Source: Longimicrobiales bacterium (GTDB lineage Bacteria; Gemmatimonadota; Gemmatimonadetes; Longimicrobiales; RSA9). From it: a stretch of DNA of 64,000 bases. The position numbers and the translations under genes are program-made. This document shows positions 19,295 to 27,831 of the stretch, in pieces. The stretch covers positions 1-64,000 of the forward strand of contig DATKCH010000001.1 in the NCBI GenBank assembly GCA_035513295.1, read 5' to 3'. Numbering within the stretch: position 1 is the stretch's first letter; the number at the start of each line of letters is the position of its first letter. The notes under the pieces are model-generated. The model made no database searches. It was not told the origin of the DNA and saw only the letters and a program-made list of their open reading frames with translations.

Positions 19295-20421
19295 GCGGCC
19301 GCCCCACCGCGGTGATCTTCCGCAAGCGGCTGCTGCCCTGGTCGGAGACGTTCATCGCGCAGCAGGGGCGCGCGTTGACGAGGTACCGGCCGCTCTTCGC
19401 CGGGTACGCGTACGAGGAGGGTGGCGAGGCGTACCTCGCCGGCGCGGACACCGCGGTCCTTTCAGAGCACGGCCTGGCGCCCGCGCTGGGCAAGGCCCTG
19501 GCGAAGGGGTTCGGCGTCCTGCCGCCCGCGTGGGGGCGCGCGATCGCCGCTTACGATCCAGCCATCGTCCACGCGCATTTCGGCGTCAACGCGCTCGCCG
19601 CACGGCCGATCGCGAAGGCGTTCTCCGTGCCGCTCGTGGTCACCTACCACGGCATGGACATCACCGTGCGGCGGCGGAGCGGGACGGCCGTGCGCCGCCA
19701 AGAGAAGGTGTTCGAGGTCGCCGACCGGATCATCGGCGTGTCGGACTTCATACGCGACCGGCTGCTGGACGCCGGCGCACCGCCCGGCAAGGTCGTACGC
19801 CACCGGATCGGCGTGGACACGGACCACTTTTCGCCTGGAGACGGCTCCGCCAGGGAGCCCGCCACGGTCCTGTTCGCGGGGCGCCTCGTGCCCAAGAAGG
19901 GGCTCGAGCACCTGCTGCACGCCATGCCGGCCGTCCAGCGGGCCGTGCCCGGTGCGCGCCTCCTGATCGCCGGCGACGGCCCGTTGCGCGCGGACATGGA
20001 AGCCGAGGCCGGCCGCGCCGGGGCGTCGGCGCGGTTCCTCGGCGTCCGGACGCCCGAGCAGGTCCGGGACCTCATGCGCCGCGCGACCGTGTTCGCCGCG
20101 CCCAGCGTGGTGGCCGGGGACGGCAACGCGGAGGGTCTGCCGATGACGATCGTGGAGGCGCAGGCGTGCGGGCTGCCAGTCGTCGGGTTCCCCTCCGGAG
20201 GGTCGGCCGAGGGGGTGCTGGAGGGCGTGACGGGGTTCATGCTGCCCCCGCGCGACGAGAAGGCCCTCGCCGCGCGGCTCGCGGGGCTCCTCGGCGATCC
20301 GGACCGCCGGGCCGGGATGTCGCGCGCCGCGCGCGCCCACGCGCTCGAGTCCTTCGACCTGCACCGTCAGACGGCGAAGCTGGAGGCGATCTACGACGAG
20401 GCGCGCGGGCTCGCGTCCTGA
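19291..20421 (+). CDS. Glycosyltransferase family 4 (GT-B, RfaG-like)
   Basis: Starts with GTG, overlapping the upstream TGA. Carries the GT4 EX7E region (EGLPMTIVEAQACGLPVV). Confidence 0.8.
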   Translation: MSGRPTAVIFRKRLLPWSETFIAQQGRALTRYRPLFAGYAYEEGGEAYLAGADTAVLSEHGLAPALGKALAKGFGVLPPAWGRAIAAYDPAIVHAHFGVNALAARPIAKAFSVPLVVTYHGMDITVRRRSGTAVRRQEKVFEVADRIIGVSDFIRDRLLDAGAPPGKVVRHRIGVDTDHFSPGDGSAREPATVLFAGRLVPKKGLEHLLHAMPAVQRAVPGARLLIAGDGPLRADMEAEAGRAGASARFLGVRTPEQVRDLMRRATVFAAPSVVAGDGNAEGLPMTIVEAQACGLPVVGFPSGGSAEGVLEGVTGFMLPPRDEKALAARLAGLLGDPDRRAGMSRAARAHALESFDLHRQTAKLEAIYDEARGLAS

Positions 20422-21305
20422 CCGCCCAAGCCACCCACCACTCCGGCCCCGTCCTCGTCCTCGAGCTGGTCGAGGCCGCGCGCTGCCCTCGTCTGCCCGC
20501 TCGCGCGGATGCGCGCCCTCTCCTCGGCGATTCGCCGCATGCCTTCCGGGTCGCGCCAGGGGCGTTCGTGATGGAGGTGCACGGCGGGCGCGCGATGGCG
20601 AATGCGCAGCGGCGCCACGCCCAGGTTTTCCAGCCGGTCGCCGAGCGCGGCGTCCTGGCCCCCGTACCCCATGTCCAGGTCGAAGCCGTTCACGGCCAGC
20701 AGGTGCTCGCGCCAGGTCGAGGCGTTGTTGCCGTGCCAGCGCCGTGGGGTGGGCGTGAGCTGGTCCAGGAGCCAGCCGGCCGGTCCCGGCCCGAGGAATC
20801 GCAGCGCCCTTCTGCCCGGCCTCAGCCCGATCCGGCGCAGGTGCGCCAGTGAGGTGGCGCGGCCGGCGCGCACGTCATCGACGGAGAGCCGGTCCGTCAC
20901 GTCCGCGGGAAGCTTGACGTACCCCCCCGCGAGATAGCGTCGCGGGCGCGCCAGCCGGGCGTGCGTCTCCACCAGGCGCGGGTGCGGAATCGTGTCGCCG
21001 TCAGAGAAGATGAGGTAGTCGGCGTCCGCGGCCGCGATCGCGCGGTTCAGGATCGCGCTCTTCCGGAAGCCCCGGTCCGGTTGCCAGACGTGGCGGATGT
21101 CAAGGCCGGTCTCGGCGCGCATCCGGTCGACCAGCGCGCGGGTTCCGTCGCCGGACCCGTCGTCGGCCACCCAGATGCGGAAGCCCGTGCATGTCTGCGC
21201 CGCGTACCCCCAGAGCGCGAGCCCCAGCGCCCGCGGCGCGTCGTAGGTGGACAGGATGACGTCGACCTCGAGCCCGCTCCTCGCCGCCGATTTCCTCGCC
21301 GCCAC
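20391..21305 (-). CDS. Glycosyltransferase family 2 (paralogue of the 17087-17913 gene)
   Basis: DGSGDGTRALVDRMRAETGLDIRHVWQPDRGFRKSAILNRAI aligns with DGSGPETRGRIDLVKADTGLDVRHVWQEDAGFRKCEILNRAI from the other GT2. It is convergent with the GT4 gene. Confidence 0.75.
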   Translation of the reverse strand: MAARKSAARSGLEVDVILSTYDAPRALGLALWGYAAQTCTGFRIWVADDGSGDGTRALVDRMRAETGLDIRHVWQPDRGFRKSAILNRAIAAADADYLIFSDGDTIPHPRLVETHARLARPRRYLAGGYVKLPADVTDRLSVDDVRAGRATSLAHLRRIGLRPGRRALRFLGPGPAGWLLDQLTPTPRRWHGNNASTWREHLLAVNGFDLDMGYGGQDAALGDRLENLGVAPLRIRHRAPAVHLHHERPWRDPEGMRRIAEERARIRASGQTRAARGLDQLEDEDGAGVVGGLGGQDASPRASS

Positions 21306-21313
21306 AGGCGCCG

Positions 21314-23143
21314 CTACGCTCCCGAGGTCTGCAGCTCGTACAGGTAGCGGTACGTCCCGTCCCGCGCGATCAGCTCGTCGTGCCGGCCGGTATCCACGAT
21401 GCGACCCTCGCGCAGGACCAGGATCTGGTCGGCGTGCTTGATGGTGGAGAGCCGGTGGGCGATGACGAAGACGGTACGACCGTGCAGCAGCTCGGCGACG
21501 GCCTCCTGGACGTGCCGCTCCGATGCGCTGTCGAGCGCGGACGTGGCCTCGTCGAAGATCAGGATGGGCGGGTCGCGCAGGATGGCCCGCGCGATCGCGA
21601 TGCGCTGCCGCTGGCCGCCGGACAGGCGGGTTCCACGTTCCCCGAGCACGGTATCGTAGCCCTCAGGCAGCGCGCCGATGAACTCGTGCGCGTGCGCCGC
21701 GCGAGCGGCCCGCTCCATATCCGCGTCGGCGACGTCCTCCAGCCCGTAGGCGATATTCGCGCGCACGGTGTCGTGGAACAGGACGGTCTCCTGCGTGACG
21801 ATGCCCAGGTTCGAGCGCAGCGACGCGATGCTGTACTCGCGCAGGTCCACGCCGTCGAACGTGATCCGGCCGCCCGTGGGGTCGTAGAAGCGCGCCACCA
21901 GGTCCACGAGCGTCGTCTTCCCGGACCCGCTGGGTCCGACCAGCGCGACCACCTCGCCGACGGCCACCCGCAGGTCGACGTCGCGCAGCACGGGCTCGCC
22001 CTCCACGTAGTGGAATTCGACCCCTTCGAAGCGAATCCCCTCCGAGAGCCCGGTGAACGGCCGTGCGCCGGCGCGGTCTGTGATCTCGATCGGCGCGTCG
22101 AGGAACTCGAAGACGCGCTCGGCCGCGGCGAGCCCGGGCTGGATCGTGGCGGGCAGCCGGGACAACTCCTTCGCCGGCGAATAGAGCTGCATGCTCACGC
22201 CGAGGAAGCCGATGAACGCGGCGCCGGTGAGCGTGCCCTCGACGAGCACGAGGTGGCTCCCGTACCAGAGCAGCAGGAGCGTGCCCAGCGCGGCCAGCAT
22301 CTCCGAGAGCGGGCCAGTCGCGGCGCGCAGGGTCTCGGTGCGCAGGAAGGTGCGGAAGTAGTCCTGCGTGAGCCCCCCGAAGCGCTTCCGCTCCGCGTTC
22401 TCCGCCGCCGCCGCCTTCACGAGGCGGATGCCGCTGACCGTCTCCTGGATGTGCGAGGACACTTCGCCCGCCAGATTGAGGACGCGCCGGTCGCCCCGGC
22501 GGAGCCTGCGCACCACGCGGCTCCACACGAGGAAGATCCCCGGCAGCACGACCACCGACACGAGCGTCAGCTCGACGGAGATCGAGAGCAGGAGCGCGAG
22601 CGCCGCGATCACCCGCAGGAACGCCGTGAGCGCTTGCGCTACGTTGCGCGTCACCAGCGACCGCAGAAGCTCCGCGTCGCCCGTCAGGCGCGAGACGACC
22701 TGACCCGCGCGCGTACGACCGAAGAATCGGAGGTCGAGGTCGAGGAGGTGGCCGTACACCTCGTTGCGCAGGTCACGCGTGACGCTCTGCTCGAGGCGGG
22801 CGACAAGGTAGCGTTTCAGGAAGTCGAAGACGTTCTTGAGCGCGAAGATCGCGAGCATGAAAAGGATGATGCCCAGCAGCAGGTCCTGGGCGGACATGCC
22901 GGGAGACATCACCCGGCCGACGGTCTGGGTGAGCAGCCACTCCATCACGGATCCGCTGGACCCGACGCTCAGCGGCGCGTCCCCGAACAAGGCGTTCAGG
23001 AACGGGATGAGCATGACCAGGCTGAACGCGTCGAAGAACGCGAAGCCCATGGTCGCGAGGATCGCGAGCGCGAGCAGGCCCTCGTACCCGCCGAGGTAGC
23101 GGAGCACGCGCCAGTAGAGACGGGCTTCTCCGCGAACGGACAT
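21314..23143 (-). CDS. ABC transporter permease/ATP-binding protein, MsbA-like lipid exporter
   Basis: Likely start is MSVRGEARLYW. It has six TM helices plus an NBD with Walker A (GPSGSGKTT), the signature LSGGQRQR and Walker B (LIFDEATSALD). Confidence 0.8.
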   Translation of the reverse strand: MSVRGEARLYWRVLRYLGGYEGLLALAILATMGFAFFDAFSLVMLIPFLNALFGDAPLSVGSSGSVMEWLLTQTVGRVMSPGMSAQDLLLGIILFMLAIFALKNVFDFLKRYLVARLEQSVTRDLRNEVYGHLLDLDLRFFGRTRAGQVVSRLTGDAELLRSLVTRNVAQALTAFLRVIAALALLLSISVELTLVSVVVLPGIFLVWSRVVRRLRRGDRRVLNLAGEVSSHIQETVSGIRLVKAAAAENAERKRFGGLTQDYFRTFLRTETLRAATGPLSEMLAALGTLLLLWYGSHLVLVEGTLTGAAFIGFLGVSMQLYSPAKELSRLPATIQPGLAAAERVFEFLDAPIEITDRAGARPFTGLSEGIRFEGVEFHYVEGEPVLRDVDLRVAVGEVVALVGPSGSGKTTLVDLVARFYDPTGGRITFDGVDLREYSIASLRSNLGIVTQETVLFHDTVRANIAYGLEDVADADMERAARAAHAHEFIGALPEGYDTVLGERGTRLSGGQRQRIAIARAILRDPPILIFDEATSALDSASERHVQEAVAELLHGRTVFVIAHRLSTIKHADQILVLREGRIVDTGRHDELIARDGTYRYLYELQTSGA

Positions 23144-23294
23144 CGCGGCGGCCTCCCGGTGGAGCGGTCGGAGCGGGCCTGGAACCATAGCGCATAGGCA
23201 TCGGCCCTACAACGGATTTCCCGCAGCCCCGGGGATCGTTTCCCGGCCCGGGGGGTTTCTCCAGCGGCGACCACGCTGCGAATCCGGAGGAGCG

Positions 23295-24278
23295 TTGACC
23301 TTCGTCTACATCTGCATACCGGCGCACGACGAGGAGCAGACCATCGGCCCGCTCCTGTGGAAGATCCGCCGGGTGATGGCCGAGTACGGGCGGGACTATC
23401 AGATCGTCGTGGCCGATGACGCCTCCACGGACGCGACGCCCGAGGTCCTGGAGTCCTACCTGGGCGCGCTGCCGCTCACGGTCATCCGGTGCGCGGAGCG
23501 GCGCGGGTACGCTCAGACGCTGGAACGCGCCCTCCGGAAGGCCGCCCGACTGTCCCGGTACCCGAAGCGCGACACGATCGTCACGCTGCAGGGCGACTTC
23601 ACCGACGATCCGGCGCTGATCCCGGAGCTGGTGCGCCACATCGAGGGGGGCGCGGACATCGTCGGCAACGACGCGACGCCCGATCTGACAGGCGCGCCCT
23701 GGTCCCAGCGCATCGCGCGCACCGCGTTCGACAGGCTGTCGGTCCGGGCGGGCGTGCCGCGCGAGGCCGGTTCGCCCGCGTCCGGGTTCCGGGCCTACAG
23801 GGGCGTGATCCTCCGCAAGGCGTTCGATGAGGCCGGCCAGGAGCCGCTCCTGCGCTCCGACGGCTGGTGCGCGGACGCCGAGCTGCTGAGGGCGCTGGTC
23901 CCGCACGCGCGCAAGGTCGTGTGCGGAAGCGCCGCGGGCGTGCACGCACGGCGCCAGCGCGCGAGCCGTTTCGCCCTGAAGGAGGGTTTCCGCCAGATCC
24001 GAGGAGTCCTCACGGGAGCGCACGTGCCGGGGCCCTACGAGCTCGAGTCGCCGGACCTCGACCTCGCTCGCGAGAGTCCCGCCCGGGGGCGCCTCCGGAG
24101 GCGTCGTGCCGAGCCCGCCGAGCGCCCGAACGGCGCGTCCCGCGCACGGGACTCCGCCCGGCGGAACGGCCCGCGTAAGGAACCCTCCGACAAGGGCGCT
24201 GGTACATCAACGCGCAGGAGGAAGCGCCGCCCTCGAGGCGGCTCCCGTCAGCGTAGCCCCGGCGTTGATTCCACCTAG
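23295..24278 (+). CDS. Glycosyltransferase family 2, DPM1/ArnC-like polyprenyl-phosphate glycosyltransferase, with a basic C-terminal tail
   Basis: Starts with TTG after a GGAGGAG RBS. The GT2 profile is CIPAHDEEQTIGPLL ... VVADDASTDAT. The Arg-rich ~70-aa tail is unusual. Confidence 0.65.
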   Translation: MTFVYICIPAHDEEQTIGPLLWKIRRVMAEYGRDYQIVVADDASTDATPEVLESYLGALPLTVIRCAERRGYAQTLERALRKAARLSRYPKRDTIVTLQGDFTDDPALIPELVRHIEGGADIVGNDATPDLTGAPWSQRIARTAFDRLSVRAGVPREAGSPASGFRAYRGVILRKAFDEAGQEPLLRSDGWCADAELLRALVPHARKVVCGSAAGVHARRQRASRFALKEGFRQIRGVLTGAHVPGPYELESPDLDLARESPARGRLRRRRAEPAERPNGASRARDSARRNGPRKEPSDKGAGTSTRRRKRRPRGGSRQRSPGVDST

Positions 24279-24292
24279 CCCGCAAGGATTCC

Positions 24293-25105
24293 ATGAAGAT
24301 GCTGTTGCTGGCGACGGCCCTCGTGGGGTCGCTCGCGCCCCAGGAGCCCGGCGGCACCGCGCTCGCCGGTAGTCCGGCCGTGGACACGGCGGACGACGCC
24401 GCGTTTGCGCGGACGCGCGCGGCGGTTCCGTGGGGGCCGGGCGAGCGGGCGGAATACGAGCTCGCGACCGGCGTTTTCGGAAACGTGGGCGACGGATTCC
24501 TGGAGGTCGACGGGATCGAGGACATCCGCGGGCACGACACCTACCACATCCAGCTCGGCGTGAAGGGGTCGGTGCTGTTCGGCGCGTTCAAGTTGGAGGA
24601 CCGCTTCCAGACCTGGATGGACGTCAACACCCTCGCCGCGCGTCGTTTCCAGAAGAACCAGGTGGAGGACGACTTCGTCCGCAACCGCACCTACGACTTC
24701 TACCCGGAGAACCTCACCTGGCACTGGGTGGAGCGGGACCGGAGCGGATTCCTGCCGTCGAAGGAGCCGCTGGACGAGGTGTCGATGCTGTTCCTGGTCC
24801 GCACGCTGCCTCTGAAGGTGGGCGAGACGTACACCTTCAATCGGTACTTTCAGTCCGAGGACAACCCGGTTCGCATCGAGGTCGTTCGCAAGGAGCGCGT
24901 GAAGGTGCCGGCCGGTGAATTCGACACCATAGTCGTGCGCCCGATCATCAAGACCGACGGCATCTTCGGGGAGGAAAGCGAGCTCGAGGTCTACTTCTCG
25001 GACGACGAGCGCCGGATCCTCGTGCAGATGAAGTCCAAGGCCCCCTGGGTGCGGTCCCTGCACCTGAAGTTGACGAACTACCGGCCCGGCAAGAAGCTTT
25101 CCTGA
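24293..25105 (+). CDS. DUF3108-like secreted protein
   Basis: Has a signal peptide (MKMLLLATALVGSLA) and the pattern GERAEYELATGVFGNVGDGFLEV...YHIQLGVKG, typical of DUF3108. An AAGGA RBS precedes it. Confidence 0.45.
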   Translation: MKMLLLATALVGSLAPQEPGGTALAGSPAVDTADDAAFARTRAAVPWGPGERAEYELATGVFGNVGDGFLEVDGIEDIRGHDTYHIQLGVKGSVLFGAFKLEDRFQTWMDVNTLAARRFQKNQVEDDFVRNRTYDFYPENLTWHWVERDRSGFLPSKEPLDEVSMLFLVRTLPLKVGETYTFNRYFQSEDNPVRIEVVRKERVKVPAGEFDTIVVRPIIKTDGIFGEESELEVYFSDDERRILVQMKSKAPWVRSLHLKLTNYRPGKKLS

Positions 25106-25220
25106 CAGGCCGCTGCGCGCGGCTCGGCGCGGGCGCCGGGCTCGCGCGCCCGCGGCGCGATCGCGACCCCCCCTTCCCGCGGGCGCGGGTCCGGGTCCCG
25201 TAACCAGCCAGAGAGTCGAC

Positions 25221-26333
25221 GTGCGCGGACCGCCCGAGCTGGACTACGCGAGGCTGCGGACGATCCCCGTGGACACCCGCGCGAACAAGGTCGACTCGGG
25301 GCAGCTCGCCGACCGACCCCGGGCCGGGGAGCGGGCGACCTTCGCCGCGTTCTACGACTCCCTGCCGGACCTCCTGGTGGCGACGGACCTGCGTGCGCTG
25401 GCGCGCGCGCTGGCGGCGGCGGCGCGCGGCCGCGGCGCCGGGACGGACCCCGGCGAGCCCGACGAGGCGAGCCCCGGCGGCCCGGTCGCCCGGCAGAGCC
25501 CGGAGGCGGCCACGCCAGCGCCGTCGCGCCCGACCCCGGAGATGGCCACGCCAGCGTCCTCGCGCCCGACCCCCGAGGCCGGTGCGGTGCCGTGCATGAT
25601 GGGCGGCCACGTCGTGAAGACCGGCCTCTCCCCCGTGCTCATCGACCTGGCCGAGCGCGGCGTGATCACCGCGTTCGCCGCCAACGGATCGACCGCCATC
25701 CACGACTACGAGCTGGCTCGCTGGGGCGGCACGAGCGAGGACGTCGAGGCCGGACTGGCGGACGGCTCGTTTGGCATGGCGGAGGAGACCGGCCGCGACA
25801 TAAACGATGCGATCCGGGCGGCGGCCCGCGACGGACTCGGGCTGGGCGAGGGACTGGGGCGGGACCTGGCGGAGCGGGAGGACCTCGCCGCCGCCGAGCA
25901 CTCCCTCCTGCTCGCCGCGCGCCGGCTGGGGATCCCGTTCACCGTGCACGCCGCGATCGGCGCCGAGATCACCCACCAGCACCCGGCCACCGACGGCGCC
26001 GCCATCGGCGAGGCCAGCTTTCGCGACTTCCGCCGGCTGGCCGCGCACCTGGAGGGGCTGGAGGGCGGGGTGGTGCTGAACCTCGGTTCCGCCGTCATGA
26101 TGCCGGAGGTGTTCCTCAAGGCCCTCACCGTGTGCCGCAACGCCAACGGCGGGAAGCCGCGCGGGTTCGTGGCCGCCGACCTGGACATGATCCGCCACTA
26201 CCGGCCGCGCGTGAATGTCGTCGAGCGGCCGACGCGCACCGGCGGCGGGCGCGGCTACCAGATCACCGGCCACCACGAGATCATGGTGCCGCTGCTGGCG
26301 TGGGCGGTGGTGGAGGAGCTCGGGCGGGGCTGA
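25221..26333 (+). CDS. Deoxyhypusine synthase (DHS)-like family protein with a repeat-containing N-terminal extension
   Basis: The core (MMGGHVVKTGLSPVLIDLAERGVITAFAANGSTAIHD...) aligns with the DHS-like protein at 45498. The GGGxxK active-site Lys is not evident. Confidence 0.4.
   Translation: MRGPPELDYARLRTIPVDTRANKVDSGQLADRPRAGERATFAAFYDSLPDLLVATDLRALARALAAAARGRGAGTDPGEPDEASPGGPVARQSPEAATPAPSRPTPEMATPASSRPTPEAGAVPCMMGGHVVKTGLSPVLIDLAERGVITAFAANGSTAIHDYELARWGGTSEDVEAGLADGSFGMAEETGRDINDAIRAAARDGLGLGEGLGRDLAEREDLAAAEHSLLLAARRLGIPFTVHAAIGAEITHQHPATDGAAIGEASFRDFRRLAAHLEGLEGGVVLNLGSAVMMPEVFLKALTVCRNANGGKPRGFVAADLDMIRHYRPRVNVVERPTRTGGGRGYQITGHHEIMVPLLAWAVVEELGRG
25505..25578 (+). repeat. Imperfect ~34/36-nt tandem duplication encoding ATPAPSRPTPE / MATPASSRPTPE
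   Basis: ggccacgccagcgccgtcgcgcccgaccccggag is followed by atggccacgccagcgtcctcgcgcccgacccccgag. Confidence 0.5.
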
Positions 26334-26362
26334 CGCTCCGCCGCAACGAGCCAGGCGGAGCG
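26334..26362. terminator. GC-rich hairpin between the convergent DHS-like and fpg/nei genes
   Basis: cgctccgcc-(11-nt loop)-ggcggagcg forms a 9-bp stem. There is no U-tract on either side. Confidence 0.3.
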
Positions 26363-26367
26363 GCGCC

Positions 26368-27276
26368 TCAACCCCCCAGAAGCCCCTCCAGCTCCTCCAG
26401 CGACCGCGGCCAGTCCTCCCGCAGTAGCCGCGAGAACGCCCGGTCGGCGAGCAGGCGCCCGCCCGTCTGGCATGTCGCGCAGTAGTTGGTCTCGTTGTCG
26501 GCGTACTTGATGCGCTGGATCGGCGATCCGCATCGCGGGCAGGGCTCGCCGTACTTGCCGTGCGCGGCCATGTCGGGGTGGAACGCGGTGATCTTCTCGG
26601 GGAAGGCGTCGCCGACCTCGGCGCGGAGCGTGTCCGTCCAGGCGCGCAGCGAGCTCCGCGTAGCCTCGAACAATCGCTCGGCCTCCTCCTCCGACAGGTC
26701 GCGCGACCTCTTCAGCGGAGAAAGGCGCGCTTCCAGGAGGATCTCGTCGGAGTGTGCGTTGCCGATGCCGCTCAGTATGCGCGGGTCGGTCAGCGCCCGC
26801 TTGAGCGTGCGGTTCTCCCTCGCGATCGCCTCCCGGAAGGCTGCGAGGTCCGCGTCGAGCGGCTCGACCCCGCCGCGGTCGTGCGCGGCCAGCGCCTCCT
26901 CGCCCGCTACCAGGTGCAGCGTCGCCTTCTTCTTCATGCCCGCCTCGGTGAGGAGCAGGCTGCCTTCGGGGAAGTCGAACGCGGCGAGCCCGAGCTTGCG
27001 CGGAATGGTCACGCCGGGGGCGCGCCAGCGCAGGCGGCCCGTCACCATCAGGTGGAGAACCAGGAAGTGCGCCGGCTCAGCTTCTTCCATGCAGAGGACG
27101 ACGCGCTTGCCCATGCGGCGTACGCCGGTGACCGTGCGGCCGTGGGCGGCCGACAGCGGCGGATCGTAGCTGCGCACGAGCGAAGGCGAGCGCACGCGCA
27201 CGCGCTCCAGCGGCTCGCCCGCGACGAAGCGCTCGAGCGCCTCCACGTACACCGTGATCTCGGGTAGCTCGGGCAT
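26368..27276 (-). CDS. mutM: Fpg/Nei-family DNA glycosylase/AP lyase
   Basis: N-terminal MPELPE carries the catalytic Pro2. There is an H2TH region and a C-terminal zinc finger (CPRCGSPIQRIKYADNETNYCATCQ). Confidence 0.75.
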   Translation of the reverse strand: MPELPEITVYVEALERFVAGEPLERVRVRSPSLVRSYDPPLSAAHGRTVTGVRRMGKRVVLCMEEAEPAHFLVLHLMVTGRLRWRAPGVTIPRKLGLAAFDFPEGSLLLTEAGMKKKATLHLVAGEEALAAHDRGGVEPLDADLAAFREAIARENRTLKRALTDPRILSGIGNAHSDEILLEARLSPLKRSRDLSEEEAERLFEATRSSLRAWTDTLRAEVGDAFPEKITAFHPDMAAHGKYGEPCPRCGSPIQRIKYADNETNYCATCQTGGRLLADRAFSRLLREDWPRSLEELEGLLGG

Positions 27277-27368
27277 CGACTCATCTCGTCAGCGTGTGCC
27301 GCACGTGCGACCGCGAAGGTAGCGGGGAAGCCCGGCTTGCGGCCCCGCGTGCGCCCCCGCCGGGGCCT

Positions 27369-27395
27369 TGACGCTTCGGAGGCCCCGTCTATCTT
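27369..27395 (+). promoter_or_regulatory. Putative tRNA promoter TTGACG-N16-TATCTT
   Basis: The hexamers are 30-55 nt upstream of tRNA-Glu. An inverted repeat (CTTTCAG-N14-CTGAAAG) overlaps the region. Confidence 0.3.
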
Positions 27396-27425
27396 TCAGG
27401 TCCCTTTCGCGGTCTGAAAGGGTAC

Positions 27426-27498
27426 GCCCCCATCGTCTAGAGGCCTAGGATTCGTGGTTCTCAGCCACGCGACAGGGGTTCGAATCCCCTTGGGGGTA
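27426..27498 (+). tRNA. tRNA-Glu (anticodon CUC)
   Basis: Cloverleaf: acceptor GCCCCCA/TGGGGGT with a G1:U72 wobble, D-arm TCGTCTAGAGGCCTAGGA, anticodon loop TTCTCAG and T-arm AGGGGTTCGAATCCCCT. No CCA is encoded. Confidence 0.8.
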
Positions 27499-27502
27499 CT
27501 GA

Positions 27503-27528
27503 GGGCCGGGTCGTGACCCGGCCCTTTT
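27503..27528 (+). terminator. Intrinsic-terminator-like hairpin (9-bp GC stem, 4-nt loop, TTTT) in the spacer between the two tRNAs
   Basis: Sequence is GGGCCGGGT-cgtg-ACCCGGCCC-TTTT. Confidence 0.5.
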
Positions 27529-27538
27529 CGATGGAGCA

Positions 27539-27612
<74 letters not shown>

Positions 27613-27831
27613 TCGAGTCCAGAGCGCCGACGCCCGCCGGGTCCTTATGCTCCTTTCCCCCGGCGCGATCCCGACCACCACTCACCGTGCGGCTACGCAT
27701 CCCTCCGGGGGGAGCCCCCGGCAGGGGGCTTGCGTGCGCTCGCGCCCTTCCCGGTTTATTTGCGTGCAGGATCGGAACGGCAGTTTGGTTCGTTCGCCCC
27801 TCGAAGCGAGGGGGAACCCAAGGGGGAGGGC

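Noticed and set aside
17923-20421. 832-aa ORF: the N-terminal 450 aa in the frame of the GT4 gene
   Set aside because: That region is already occupied by the pyruvyl-transferase gene in another frame. The GT4 protein proper begins at GTG 19291.
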